A DNA stretch of 41,010 bases. It comes from Folioceros fuciformis. Lineage: Eukaryota. Positions 22,746-34,328 of this stretch are shown piece by piece (positions within the stretch are counted from its first letter, which is position 1; every line of letters starts with the position of its first letter). The position numbers and the translations under genes were made by a program. The stretch spans positions 54,834-95,843 of the forward strand of contig JBNGIO010006314.1 of assembly GCA_049999805.1 (NCBI GenBank), given 5' to 3'. A model generated the notes under the pieces. The model was not told the DNA's origin. It saw nothing but the letters and a program-made list of their open reading frames with translations, and did not search any database.

Positions 22746-25700
22746 TTATGATGCGGAAGCTAGAGTTTGGAGCTCCCCCGAAACTGTTCCTTGCGGGATA
22801 CCAATTGCTGATAAATAATACCCTTCTGTCATGATTTCTGGTACCAGCTGTTTCAGGCCTGCACGTACATCATCACCCTCCGCTAGCTTGCTATCCCCAA
22901 CCACAAAACTGTGTACCAAACCATCCATGTCCGTCCACCAGCTTTGCCCTGGCTCCTTCCACGCCCCGTTTCCTTTTCTCCTCTCATGCATCTCAAATGC
23001 CTCCTCCCACATTTGGGCACCCTTGTATATGTTCGCCATCGCCACATACGCTCCAGCATTCTTGTCATCTAATTTCAGGGCTTCATGGAATGCATAGCGC
23101 CCTACCTCCATATTCCCCCACTTCCTGCTAGCGCCCAATAAAGTGTGCCAAACTGCATCAGCAGGCTCCACAGGCATTGCCCTGGCCACTGCTAGTGCGT
23201 CATCAAGCTGGCCAGCACGACCCATGAGATCCACCATGCACGCATAGTGTTCGGCAGTGGGAATGATGCCATACTCTCTACTCATGGCCTCAAAATACTC
23301 TTGTCCTTTTTGCACGGAACCAACGTGGCTGCATACTGTGAGTACCGAAAGGAAGGTGATGCCGTCGGGCTGCAGGCTATCCTCTCTCATTCCATGAACC
23401 AAGTCAAAGACAGCTTCACTGTCTCCTTGACGGGTGTATCCGGCAATCAGTGCATTCCATGCGATCATCTGCCTTTCCGGTAGTGAATCAAACACCTTTT
23501 GAGCATCAACCATGCTCCCACACTTTGCATACATGTTTATCAAACTGTTGCCCAGAGCTAAATCATCTTGAAGACCTTGTTCTTCAATCTGCACATGCAG
23601 CTGCCTTCCTGCATACAAGGCTGCCGCACCTGCACAGGCCTGAAGCAGGCAAACAAACGTCACAGAATTAGGGGGCCCAGTACCTCCTTGTTGCATGGCA
23701 CTGTAAAGAGCAAGGGCTTCGTGACCCATGCCCTGCTGGGAATATCCTGCGATCATAGCATTCCATGTCACCACATCCTTGTGCACCAGCCCGTCAAATA
23801 AACTCTGCGCAGCTCCAAGGCTGCCACACTTTGCATACATGTTTATCAAACCGTTGGTTACAAACTCATCGGCATCAAGCCTCTGTTCTCTAACCTGTGC
23901 ATGCACCTGCTTACCCTTCTCCAAAGCCGGGGCTCCTACACTTGCACACGCCTGCAGGAGGCAGACAAACGTTACAGAATCAGGTGCTGTGATGCCCTCT
24001 TCTTGCATAGCACTATAGAGACTGAGGGCTTCCTGGCCCATGCACTGCTGTGAATATCCTGATATCATAGAGTTCCATGTCACCACATCTTTCTGCACAA
24101 GTCCGTCAAACAAACTTCGTGCATCCTCCAGGCATCCACATTTTGCATACATGTTAATCAAACTGTTGACAACAAATTCATCTGCCTGAAGCCCTTGCTC
24201 TCTGATTTGTGTGTGAAGTTCCCTGCCCTTCTCCAGAGCCGGGGCACCGACACTTGCACATGCTTGCAGGAGGCACACAAATGTCAGTGGGTCTGGCGCA
24301 ATGGCCCATTCCTGCATGGCACTGTACAGATTAAGGGCTTCCTGGCCCATGCCCTGCTGGGAATAACCTGCTATGATACCATTCCAAATTACTACATCTT
24401 TGTCAACAAGTTCATCAAACACACTCCGAGCAACCTCCAAGTTGCCACACTTTGCATACATCCTGATAAGACTGGAACCTATGAATGCATCGGTCTGAAG
24501 CCCTTGTTCCTCAATCTGCAAGTGAAGTTGCTTCCCCTTGTCCAAGGCAACAGTACCCAAACTTGCGCATGCCTGCAGGAGCCGGACAAATGTGACGGCA
24601 TCGGGTGCAGCAGTGCCTTTTTCTTGCATTGCATTGTACGCTTCAAGGGCCTCTTGACCCATGCCTTGCTGGACAAGTCCTGCTATCATGCTATTCCAAG
24701 TGACGACATCCTTTTCATCGAGCCCATCAAACACGCTCTGGGCATCTTCCATGCTGCCACACCTGGCATACATGTTCACTAGCCTCCAGCTGATATCCAC
24801 ATCAACATGAAGTCCACGTTGTTTGATCTCTGCATGAAGCTGCTTCCCCTTCTCCAATACTGGGGCACCAGCACCTGCACATGCCTGCAAGAGGCACAGA
24901 AAAGTCACAGAGTTAGGTGTGGTGGTAGCTTCTTCCTGCATAGCGTTGTATAGATGAAGGGCTTCTTCACCCATGCCCTGCTGACAGTATCCTGCTATCA
25001 TGGCATTCCATGTAATCACGTCTTTTTTACCCATTCCATCAAACACCCTCTGCCCATCCTGTACACTGCCACACTTCACATACATGTGCACTAGGCTGCT
25101 ACCAACGACCACATCAGCCGCGCATCCTTGTTCTTCGATCTGTGCATGAAGATGCTTCCCCTTCTCCAATGCCGAAGGACCTATACATGCACATGCTTGG
25201 AGAAGGCACACAAATGTGACAGAATCAGGCACAACACTGCCTTCTTCTTCTATAGCAGAGTACAGGCGAAGGGCTTCCTGACCCATTCCCTGTTGGGAGT
25301 ATCCAGCTATCATCGCGTTCCACATCACCACTTCCTTTTGACAGAATTCATCAAACACAATTCGGGCATCCTCTAGGCTACCACACTTTGCATACATGTT
25401 TAACAAACTGTTGGCTACAAATGGGTCAGCATGAAGACCTTTTTCTACAATCTCTGCATGTAGCGCCTTCCCTTTCCCCAAAGCCATTCTACCCACACTT
25501 GCACAAGCTTGCAATAGAGACACAAACGTGACAGAATCGAGGGCACCAATGCCATCTACTTGCATACCGCTGAAAAGTTGAAGAGCTTCCTGACCCATCC
25601 CATGCTTAGAGTATCCTGCCATCAGGGCATTCCACGTCACCACATCCTTTCTGCCAAGTCCATCAAAAAGTCTCTTGGCGTCTTCTAGGCTGCCACATTG

Positions 25701-28118
25701 TGCATACATGTTTATCAAGCTGTTGGCTACAAACACATCAGCTTGAAGCCCTTGTTCTTCAATCTGCACATGAAGTTGCTTCCCAGTCTTCAAAGCCTCG
25801 GCCCCCAAACTTGCACATGCCTTCAGGAGGCACACAAATGTGACAGCATCCGGATCAACAGAGCCTTCTTTCATACTAGTGTACAAGTGAAGGGCTTCCT
25901 GACCCATGCCCTGCTGGGAGTTTCCTGCTATGATAGCATTCCAGGTCACAACATCCTTGTGCACAAGTCCGTCAAACACGCTCTGAGCATCCTGTATGCT
26001 GCCACACTTTCCATACATGTTCACCAGGCTGCTCCCTACAACTAAGTCACCCTGAAGTCCTTGTTCTTCTATCTGTAAATGAAGCTGTTTTCCCTTCTCT
26101 AAAGCTGCACCACCCAAACTTGCACAGGCTTGCAGGAGGCAGATAAATGTTACAGCATCAGGTATGGTGATGCCTTCTTGTTCCATAGCCCTGAAACAAA
26201 GAAGAGCTTCTTGACCCCTGCCCTGCTGAGAATATCCTGCTATTAGGGCATTCCACATCACAATATCTTTGGCAGGAAGTCCATCAAACACGCACTGGGC
26301 ATCCTCTAGGCTGCCACACTTTGCATACATGTTGATCAAACTGTTGGCTACGACAGCATCAGTCACAAGCCCTTGTCCTTGTATTTGTGTGTGAATCTGC
26401 TTGCCCGTCTCCAATGCTGACCATCCTAGAGCCGTACAAGCCTGCAGGAGGCAAACGAATGTCACAGAATCAGGAGCAGTATTGCCTTCTTTTTGCATTG
26501 CGCTGTAAAGATCAAGGGCTTCCTTAGGCATGCCCTGCTGGAAATATCCTGCTACTAGGGCGGTCCACATCACTGCATTTTTTTGAGGGAAGCTGTCAAA
26601 CACAGTCTGAGCATCCTGCACGCTGCCACACTTTGCATACATGTTTACCAGGCTGCAACCTACAACTATGTCATCCTCCAGTTCTTGTTCCTTTAGCTGT
26701 TCATGAAGATGTTTACCCTTTAGCAAAGCTGAAGCACCCACACTTGCACATGCCTGCAGGAGGCACACAAACGTGACAGAATCAGGTGCAGTGATTCCTT
26801 CTTCCAGCATAGCACTATAAAGGTCAAGCGCTTCCTGGCCCAGGCCCTGCTGGGTATATCCCGCAATCAAAGTGGTCCATGTCACAACATCTTTTTTACT
26901 AAGCCCGTCAAATGAGCTACGAGCATCCTCTAAGCTGCCACACTTGCTATACATGTTTATTATACCGTTGGCTATAGACACATCAGCTTGAAGTCCTCTC
27001 TCTCCAATCTGTGCGTGTATCTGCTTTCCATTCTCCAAAGCAGGAGGACCCACAGTCGCACATGTCTGAAGAAGGCACACAAACGTCACACAATTTGGTG
27101 CAGCTACGCCTTCCTCTTGCATTGCACTGTAGACATGCAGGGCTTCCTTGCCCATGCCCTGCTGTGAATATCCTACAATCAGAGCTGTCCAGGTCACCAC
27201 GGTTTTTTGAGAAAGACAGTCAAATACACTCCGAGCAGTCTGAAGACTGCCACACTTTGCATACATGTTCACCAGGCTGCAACCTACAGACACATCAGAC
27301 TCAAGTCCACGTTCTTCAATCTGCCTGTGGATCTCCTTTCCCATCTCCATGCCTGCGCTGCCTAGACTTGCACATGCCTGAAGGAGGCATACGAACGTGA
27401 CAGCATCCGGCACAATGATGCCTTCTTGTTGCATACTAGTATAAAGGCAAAAGGTCTCTTGCCCCATTCCCTGCTGGGAATACCCTGTCAACATCGCATT
27501 CCATGTAACCGCATCCTTCTGAGAAAGCCCATCGAACACCCTTCGAGCATCTTCCAAGCTGCCACACTTGGCATACATGTCTACCAAGCAGGTGCACAGG
27601 GACAAACTGGGCTCCACCTCACTGGCCAACAAGTCAGCATGGACCTGCTTGCCAGCTCTCAAGCCGGCTCCCCTCGCACAAGCCTGGAGAGCTGCAACAA
27701 ACACATGGGAATCCGGCTTCACACTCGACCTGCCCATCTCATGATACAGCTTCATGGCCTGCTTCGGTTGCCCCTGCCTAACATGAGCAGATATTATGGA
27801 AGACCACATGAAGGCATCCGGACTTGCAACCCCGGTGAACACATCCATCGCTTCTTGTAACCTGGCATGAGCAGCATACATCCGAATGATATGGTTGCAC
27901 AAGAAGGTATCCGACTCATACCCCTGGTCCACAGCAAGAGCATGAACACGGCGTCCCAGAACCAGATCCTTGGTACAAATGCACTTCTTCAACACTGTAT
28001 ACCAAAGAGACTCGTATATTCGGCAGTGGGTCAGCACCAGCATACCCAACGCGTCAACGGCCTCGGCCAGCTGCCCTTGCTGGCATAGCCTGCTAACGGT
28101 CTCAGCTGTTACACCCAT
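22746..28118 (-). CDS. Very long PLS-class PPR protein (~47 motifs) with E1/E2 and truncated WW-type DYW region (E+-like); 5' exons possible up to ~28629
   Basis: Uninterrupted ~1790-aa ORF (first ATG 28118); 15 S motifs (MYAKCG-like), 14 P-L pairs, P2-L2-S2, E1/E2, KEPGQSWWTD..G.VHSFVVGD; ends without HxE or CxxC. Confidence 0.95.
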   Translation of the reverse strand: MGVTAETVSRLCQQGQLAEAVDALGMLVLTHCRIYESLWYTVLKKCICTKDLVLGRRVHALAVDQGYESDTFLCNHIIRMYAAHARLQEAMDVFTGVASPDAFMWSSIISAHVRQGQPKQAMKLYHEMGRSSVKPDSHVFVAALQACARGAGLRAGKQVHADLLASEVEPSLSLCTCLVDMYAKCGSLEDARRVFDGLSQKDAVTWNAMLTGYSQQGMGQETFCLYTSMQQEGIIVPDAVTFVCLLQACASLGSAGMEMGKEIHRQIEERGLESDVSVGCSLVNMYAKCGSLQTARSVFDCLSQKTVVTWTALIVGYSQQGMGKEALHVYSAMQEEGVAAPNCVTFVCLLQTCATVGPPALENGKQIHAQIGERGLQADVSIANGIINMYSKCGSLEDARSSFDGLSKKDVVTWTTLIAGYTQQGLGQEALDLYSAMLEEGITAPDSVTFVCLLQACASVGASALLKGKHLHEQLKEQELEDDIVVGCSLVNMYAKCGSVQDAQTVFDSFPQKNAVMWTALVAGYFQQGMPKEALDLYSAMQKEGNTAPDSVTFVCLLQACTALGWSALETGKQIHTQIQGQGLVTDAVVANSLINMYAKCGSLEDAQCVFDGLPAKDIVMWNALIAGYSQQGRGQEALLCFRAMEQEGITIPDAVTFICLLQACASLGGAALEKGKQLHLQIEEQGLQGDLVVGSSLVNMYGKCGSIQDAQSVFDGLVHKDVVTWNAIIAGNSQQGMGQEALHLYTSMKEGSVDPDAVTFVCLLKACASLGAEALKTGKQLHVQIEEQGLQADVFVANSLINMYAQCGSLEDAKRLFDGLGRKDVVTWNALMAGYSKHGMGQEALQLFSGMQVDGIGALDSVTFVSLLQACASVGRMALGKGKALHAEIVEKGLHADPFVANSLLNMYAKCGSLEDARIVFDEFCQKEVVMWNAMIAGYSQQGMGQEALRLYSAIEEEGSVVPDSVTFVCLLQACACIGPSALEKGKHLHAQIEEQGCAADVVVGSSLVHMYVKCGSVQDGQRVFDGMGKKDVITWNAMIAGYCQQGMGEEALHLYNAMQEEATTTPNSVTFLCLLQACAGAGAPVLEKGKQLHAEIKQRGLHVDVDISWRLVNMYARCGSMEDAQSVFDGLDEKDVVTWNSMIAGLVQQGMGQEALEAYNAMQEKGTAAPDAVTFVRLLQACASLGTVALDKGKQLHLQIEEQGLQTDAFIGSSLIRMYAKCGNLEVARSVFDELVDKDVVIWNGIIAGYSQQGMGQEALNLYSAMQEWAIAPDPLTFVCLLQACASVGAPALEKGRELHTQIREQGLQADEFVVNSLINMYAKCGCLEDARSLFDGLVQKDVVTWNSMISGYSQQCMGQEALSLYSAMQEEGITAPDSVTFVCLLQACASVGAPALEKGKQVHAQVREQRLDADEFVTNGLINMYAKCGSLGAAQSLFDGLVHKDVVTWNAMIAGYSQQGMGHEALALYSAMQQGGTGPPNSVTFVCLLQACAGAAALYAGRQLHVQIEEQGLQDDLALGNSLINMYAKCGSMVDAQKVFDSLPERQMIAWNALIAGYTRQGDSEAVFDLVHGMREDSLQPDGITFLSVLTVCSHVGSVQKGQEYFEAMSREYGIIPTAEHYACMVDLMGRAGQLDDALAVARAMPVEPADAVWHTLLGASRKWGNMEVGRYAFHEALKLDDKNAGAYVAMANIYKGAQMWEEAFEMHERRKGNGAWKEPGQSWWTDMDGLVHSFVVGDSKLAEGDDVRAGLKQLVPEIMTEGYYLSAIGIPQGTVSGELQTLASAS

Positions 28119-28860
28119 GTCACACGGTTCAGAATACACCACCCAAAAAACCCACCAATTCGTCAGTCCAGAAAGCCTGTCCCAGCAACGATCTCACCAC
28201 CCAACTTCGACATTGAATGTGGTTCGTGCAAGATGGCTTGAAAGGACAAGTCCAACCAGTACACCCCGTGATTCGTCCTCTTCTTCATCATCCGCCATCT
28301 CTGCTGGTGGTCCGGATGTTGGAGCGGCCTCGTGGTGCATATCCAGGCTGTCTATTCCCGATTGGAAGTATGCACATGCTCCGGTTCGTGGGCAGCATCT
28401 CCGAGTCACGGTTAGTTGTGCAGAGAGCGCCTGTCGCAGACAGAGATTATCTAAAACGTATTCTACGTCCCATTACCAGCCGTGCTTATCTTACGCCTAA
28501 CACGGGGAATGGCCTGCCCGGTCCTGCCCTCGCTTGGCAAACGCGCGGAAGCTGCGGGGGCTGCGCCTCGGCCTGCGCTGCCGCGTTGATGAGATGGTGC
28601 GAGTGGAGGGGCTGTGATTTAGGCGGCATCTGCAGCGATAGGGGCTTGGTGAGACTGCGGGGAGGTGCTACTTGTCACGAACCCCTCAGCTCGAGCATTT
28701 TGGTGCGTCTGCGGGTTACCTCGCCTGCAGCATGGTACAGGCGTTTCTCTTCAGGGCATGGTGCAAGACTATAAACTGGAGATCGCTATCCAGTGCGCCA
28801 TGTATTTGGGCGTCGGCGATGCACCCGACAGCTGCTTGTGAGTGAGCAAGCGAGGTTGCG

Positions 28861-31800
28861 ATGGCGATGTCGGGCGGGGCTCGGACTCTCCCCAAGCACT
28901 ACCTTGCAGCCAAGTCCAAGAGGCTGAACAAGCGCAGGCAGGCATTTGCGCAAGGCCAGGTTGTTCGGGCAATCCTTGCTGCCGCCGTGCTCTTGTTTGT
29001 ATGGGGCCTGTACCGTGCCTTCTCCTCCTCGTCTTTTAGACCGATTGCCTCTGAACATTATCCGATGCCAGTGTTGTCAATTCCGCGTTTGTATACGGAA
29101 CTGGGGGACAAGGCTCAAGTGGATATTAGCATGAGGGAGCTGTATGACAAGATAGCATTCCAAGATGTGGACGGCGGAGCTTGGAAGCAGGGCTGGGACG
29201 TGCGGTATCGGGGAGATGAATGGGATCAGCTGAAACTGAAAGTATTTGTTGTGCCACATTCTCATAATGACCCAGGATGGATCCGAACGGTCGAGCAGTA
29301 TTACCAAGAGCAATCCCGTCACATCATTTCCACAGTAATTGAAGCCCTGCATAAGGTGGTAAACGTCGTGTTATTTCAGTGGACTGTGACGTGTGGAGAT
29401 GACCGGTGTCTAATGATACAGAGTGTGTGGAATAGGACAAGCGTCGAAAGTTTATTTGGGAGGAGATATCTTACTTGCAGCGATGGTGGATGGATGCTTC
29501 GGACACGGATAAGAAATACCTGACTGACCTGGTGAAGAATGGTCAGCTAGAAATTGTGGGCGGTGGATGGGTCATGAATGACGAGGTGTGGCCTAATTGG
29601 ATCCAATTCAAATGAATCATGTGATTTCCGTCGGGTATTTTTTGTGTGGTAGCTGACCCAGTGCGTCTTTCAGGCAAATTCACATTACTTCGCAGTCATT
29701 GAGCAGGTTATACTTTACGAGATTCTCCGTTACGCTTCTTTTACTTGGCTGAGCAAGTATCTTGTCTGGTTCTGGAGTAGGTTGAATGCTCCTAACGCTC
29801 ATCTTCTCCTCTCTGCAGATGACGGAAGGGAATTTGTGGTTGTATGACAATCTGGGCGTCACTCCAAAGAATGCTTGGGCCATCGACCCCTTTGGATATT
29901 CGCCTACAATGGCATATCTTCTAAAGAGAATGGGCTTCAAGAACATGCTCATTCAAAGGGCTCACTATGAGGTGAAGAAGGCACTCGCAGAGGAAAAAAA
30001 CCTTGAGTTTATATGGCGCCAAAGCTGGGACTCTGGGAATACTACAGATATTTTCTGCCATATGATGCCGTTTTACAGTTATGATATCCCGCACACCTGT
30101 GGTCCTGATCCGGCTGTCTGCTGTCAGTTTGACTATTGGCGCTTACCTGGCAAAGGTGCTGCCCAGTTCTGTCCATGGGGCAAAAACCCCATTGAGATCA
30201 ACGCACAGAATGTGCAAGAAAGAGCCGAATTGCTCCTTGATCAGTATAGGAAAAAATCAACTTTGTACAGAACTAACTCGTTGTTAGTACCATTGGGGGA
30301 TGATTTTCGCTATATCACATCACAAGAAGCAGAGCTGCAGTACAGCAACTACCAAGCAATTTTTGACTATATTAACTCACATCCTGAACTGAAGGCAGAA
30401 GCACAGTTTGGGACTTTGGAAGATTATTTCACATCATTGAGATCCGAAGTAGCGGAAAGGAGTGGACGGAGAGACTCCAGTCCCCTGGTGCTGCCTGGCT
30501 TTCCTGTTCTCTCTGGTGACTTTTTCACCTATGCAGACAGGGAGAAAGATTACTGGAGTGGGTATTACGTCTCAAGACCTTTCTTCAAAGCAGTTGATCG
30601 TGTGTTGGAGCAGACCTTGCGTGCTGCAGAAATGCTGTTTGCGTTTTCTCAAGCTTTCTGTCGGCGAACGGATTACACCATCTTTCCATTATCCTTCAGT
30701 GAACGTCTTGTGACAGCTCGACGGAATCTGGCTTTGTTTCAGCATCATGATGGAGTGACTGGGACAGCCAGAAACCATGTTGTCCAGGACTATGGAAATC
30801 GCATGCACACATCCCTCAGCGATCTGCTCCAATTTATGAGCTCCAGTGTGGCTGTCCTCTTGCACAAGGGGGAGTGCAATAGTATGTCAACAGATTTCTT
30901 TGAAGCAGAGCAGAAAAGAACACAGCACGATGTTCTGCCTTCCAAGTTAGTGATTGACATGAAGGAGGATGCATTTGTTCGTCGAGTCGTTGTCTTCAAC
31001 TCTCTTGAAAGAGCCGTTGAGCAGGTGGTGACAGTTGTGGTAAGTGACCCCGTTGTATGTGTATTTGACTCCGAGTGGACTCCAATTAAAAGCCAGGCTA
31101 GCCCAGATTGGCAAGTAAAATCTCATGGACTCTCCACTGGCAGGCATAGGCTTCATTGGCAAGCTTTTGTTCCTCCAATGGGACTGCAGACTTATTTCGT
31201 TGCAAAGTTTGATCATAAGGATTGCAAGGTTGCCTCTCTCGCGAGCTTGCAGGTGTTTAATGGTCCACCAGCATTCGCATGTCCCCCTCCTTATACCTGC
31301 GTCCCTGGACATGGTGACGAGACAGAGATAAAGAATCAGCATGTGACAGCTGCGTTTAGCACTAGTGATGGTTTGTTAAGGCGCATCACTATGGATGGCG
31401 GTCCAGACCTAGTGGTGGAAGAGGAGGTTCGTGCTTATTCTAGTCGAGGCAGTGGTGCGTATCTGTTCCGGCCTACGGGTGAGGCCACATCAATTGTCCG
31501 GCAGGGTGGGCTTGTGTTGGTGACTGTAGGCCCAGTAATGCAAGAGGTGTACACCGAACCTCGGACAATCTGGGATAGTTACCCGCTAGTTCAAAGTGCT
31601 CGCCTCTACAGTGGAAAATCCGTGCAGGCAAATGTAGTTGAGATAGAGTACCATGTTGAGTTTATGGAGAATCAATACAACAACAAGGAGCTGATTGTCC
31701 GCTTTAATACTGGGCTTAAGACGGACAGGGTGTTCTACTCAGACTTGAACGGATTTCAGACCATCAGACGACAGACTTATGACAAAATTCCAACGCAGGG

Positions 31801-32584
31801 AAACTATTACCCCATGCCACAGCTTGCTTTTCTACAGTGCCCTGGTGGACGGCGTTTCTCCGTACACTCGCGACAAGCCCTGGGGGCTGCAAGTCTTCGG
31901 GATGGCTGCCTGGAAGTGATGCTGGAGAGGCGCCTTACTCAAGACGATAATCGTGGACTTGGGCAAGGTGTTATGGACAACCATCCGACAGACATAGTCT
32001 TTCATTTGGGTCTGGAGGCCAACAAAACCCAACTCCTGGAGTCTCCTGGGTCCAATGTCTTACCTTCACTGCTTTCCCATCAGGTGGGTGCTGAACTCAA
32101 CTATCCTCTTCATTTATTTGTGGGTAAACGGGAGCAGAAGTCGAGCCCAAAGCATGTTGCCGAGAGGGGGTCGTTGACGACCACATTTACACCCTTGGCT
32201 GTGAATATTCCATGTGATGTACATATCGTGCACATGAAGATCCCACGACCACTGGGGTTTGGCACGTCGTCCCAGTCCACAGATTTCGAGTACAGCCTTT
32301 CTTTGTTGCGCATGGGATGGGACAGTGCGTACAGCCCAGACCGAACCCTGCAGAGGCACTGTACACCTATGGCAGACGACAAGCTAAGCTTTCTGGACTT
32401 GTTTAGGAATTATGACATAACTGGGTTAAGGAACACTTCACTGACGCTACTGCACGATGATATGTCTCAGTTTCGGTACATAGCGCAGGCTGGCAGGAAG
32501 GTCAGGGCGGGTGCTACTGAGAAGAGGACCTTGGCTCCTATGGAAATCATGGCACTGAAGTTTGGGCTGTCTGCCTCAGAATAA
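28861..32584 (+). CDS. GMII: Golgi alpha-mannosidase II (GH38), 4 exons: 28861-29355, 29436-29585, 29674-29706, 29819-32584 (1147 aa)
   Basis: Type II membrane anchor, VFVVPHSHNDPGW, GGGWVMNDEAN, WAIDPFGYS, PHTCGP, LLVPLGDDF, FQHHDGVTGT, FYSDLNGFQ, GNYYPMP, DDNRGLGQGV; three phase-0 GT-AG introns give a continuous frame. Confidence 0.96.
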
Positions 32585-32672
32585 ACATGCGACCTTTGCA
32601 GGGAATTACTGCCTAGTACAACGGCTGAAGTAGATATTGGGAAGCCACAGCTGGGATGAGTTAGATCTGATG

Positions 32673-32745
32673 CATCTTATTGGTACTGCGCATCACACAT
32701 CACACATCTTATTGGTATCACACATCACACATCTTGTTGGTACTG
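32673..32745. repeat. Short imperfect tandem repeat in GMII 3' region
   Basis: CATCTTATTGGTA..CATCACACATCACA units occurring about 2.5 times. Confidence 0.7.
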
Positions 32746-33132
32746 CTCTGTTGGCCTGCGTAGTGATGGAAAATTAAGGTCACTTGCAGTGCTCTTAGAA
32801 TTCCAGTCACTAGTCATGAGATCGTGTGGAGACGCCTCCCCAGTTCATGAAACATTCATCACACAGCGCGGCTCCCTCTCGTCCAGCGTAAAGGGGCCCT
32901 GATGGCGCAAGATGCGAAAAAACGTGGCAAAGAAGAATTTTGTTATTTACAAACTTACACTGCTCTGGGCTTTAAAATGCAGCATTTCATCCGAATTTCT
33001 ATCCGACCACAGCGAATCGGATGCATCGAACATAAACCCATGACCACATTGCATGCCCAGGAGGGAAATGAAACCCTCGAACACCTAGCTAGGCTCGACT
33101 AGGACTAATCAAAATTGCTAGTCGAACAGAAT

Positions 33133-34127
33133 CTACTCCAACGAGGGTGCTGAACCCCCAAACCCACCGCCGCCTCGGCCAAAGCCACCTCCTCTTCCAC
33201 CCTGTCACAAGACAACAAATTCCGTAACCCGTGACAAAGACGCCGGGGTTAAGAAAAACCTGCCGTAAGAACACCGGATCCATTCTACATACCCCGCGAA
33301 ATTCAGGACGGTATTCCCCTGGAGCTCCACCCTTGTCAAAGCCTCCAGGACCCCTAGGCGGGCCCCGGCGGTAGCCTTCCCTCTCACCGTCATTGAATCG
33401 CGGTGGGCCCCTGCGAGGGCCATCACAAAGGAGCCCGCCCATGTGAGCAGCAACCGATGCATGAGGAGATTAGGTCACAAGGACAAGGAGGAGAGAAATG
33501 AGGGCAACCGACCTTGGTCTATCCCCACCGCCAGGAGGTCCCATGGGCCTGCTTGGCGGACGAGCCGACTTCTTCAAGGTGGCGGGGACAATCTCCGATG
33601 GCAAGTTGAGGTACGTCCGCAAATACTCAATTCCATCGTTTGTTAGGTACCAGTAGTAATGCCTCCACGCAAAGGACTCCTTCACATACTCCTTGGATTT
33701 GAAGCTCTGCATCAACTTGATGACCTACAGCACAAATAATTAGGGTAGCCGCCAACTGTGCGAAACGCCTGGATACAGCTTTGCTCACATCGAAGTGCAA
33801 AAATACCTCCAGATTCGGGACATCGATCTCAGGATGCTTGGGAGCATTGAAGTCCTTCTTAGCATATAGGACACCCTCTGCACCCGGCCACCATAGCAAA
33901 TCAGCAACAAAATCACGTTGTACACACACACGCACGACTCTCTCAGTGAACGAAACACTGCGCCACGACGATGAACCTTTGAAGAGGTACTTGTACACCT
34001 CCACTCGGTTCTTCTTCGGAATCAGCTGCAGCAGGAAACGATTGTGCTCCGACATCAGTGACAAGTGATCCAACAAACAAAAGAAAAACCAAACAAACAG
34101 GCAGTAATGCATCGACGCACTCACCAT
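33133..34127 (-). CDS. RPS10: 40S ribosomal protein S10 (eS10), copy A, 6 coding exons (first exon contributes only ATG)
   Basis: [95 protein letters not shown]-rich tail, stop at 33135-33133. Confidence 0.96.
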
Positions 34128-34284
34128 CTTGCAAGACTTCACGAGATGGCAACTCTCAGGCACCTGGTGCTACGCTCAACACACGCAGTCCACACGAACC
34201 CAACTCGCAGACACCCGTCGCATCGAACGATAGCTACACCGTCGACAGCCGCTGGAACCGCGAAACATGTGACTTAGCCTGAGA

Positions 34285-34328
34285 TATATAGATGGTAACT
34301 TATGAAGGCGTTAGTTACCATATATATA
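34285..34328. promoter_or_regulatory. 16-bp-arm inverted repeat with TATA-like ends in the RPS10 intergenic region
   Basis: TATATAGATGGTAACT (34285-34300) pairs with AGTTACCATATATATA (34313-34328), 1 mismatch; a site II-like AGCCCA follows at 34341. Confidence 0.45.

Noticed and set aside
23247-28088. Numerous plus-strand ORFs opposite the long PPR gene
   Set aside because: Antisense shadows of the repetitive PPR coding sequence.
28194-28196. In-frame TGA upstream of the PPR ORF as a U-to-C edited or read-through stop
   Set aside because: U-to-C stop removal is established only for organellar transcripts; splicing or use of ATG 28118 explains it more simply.
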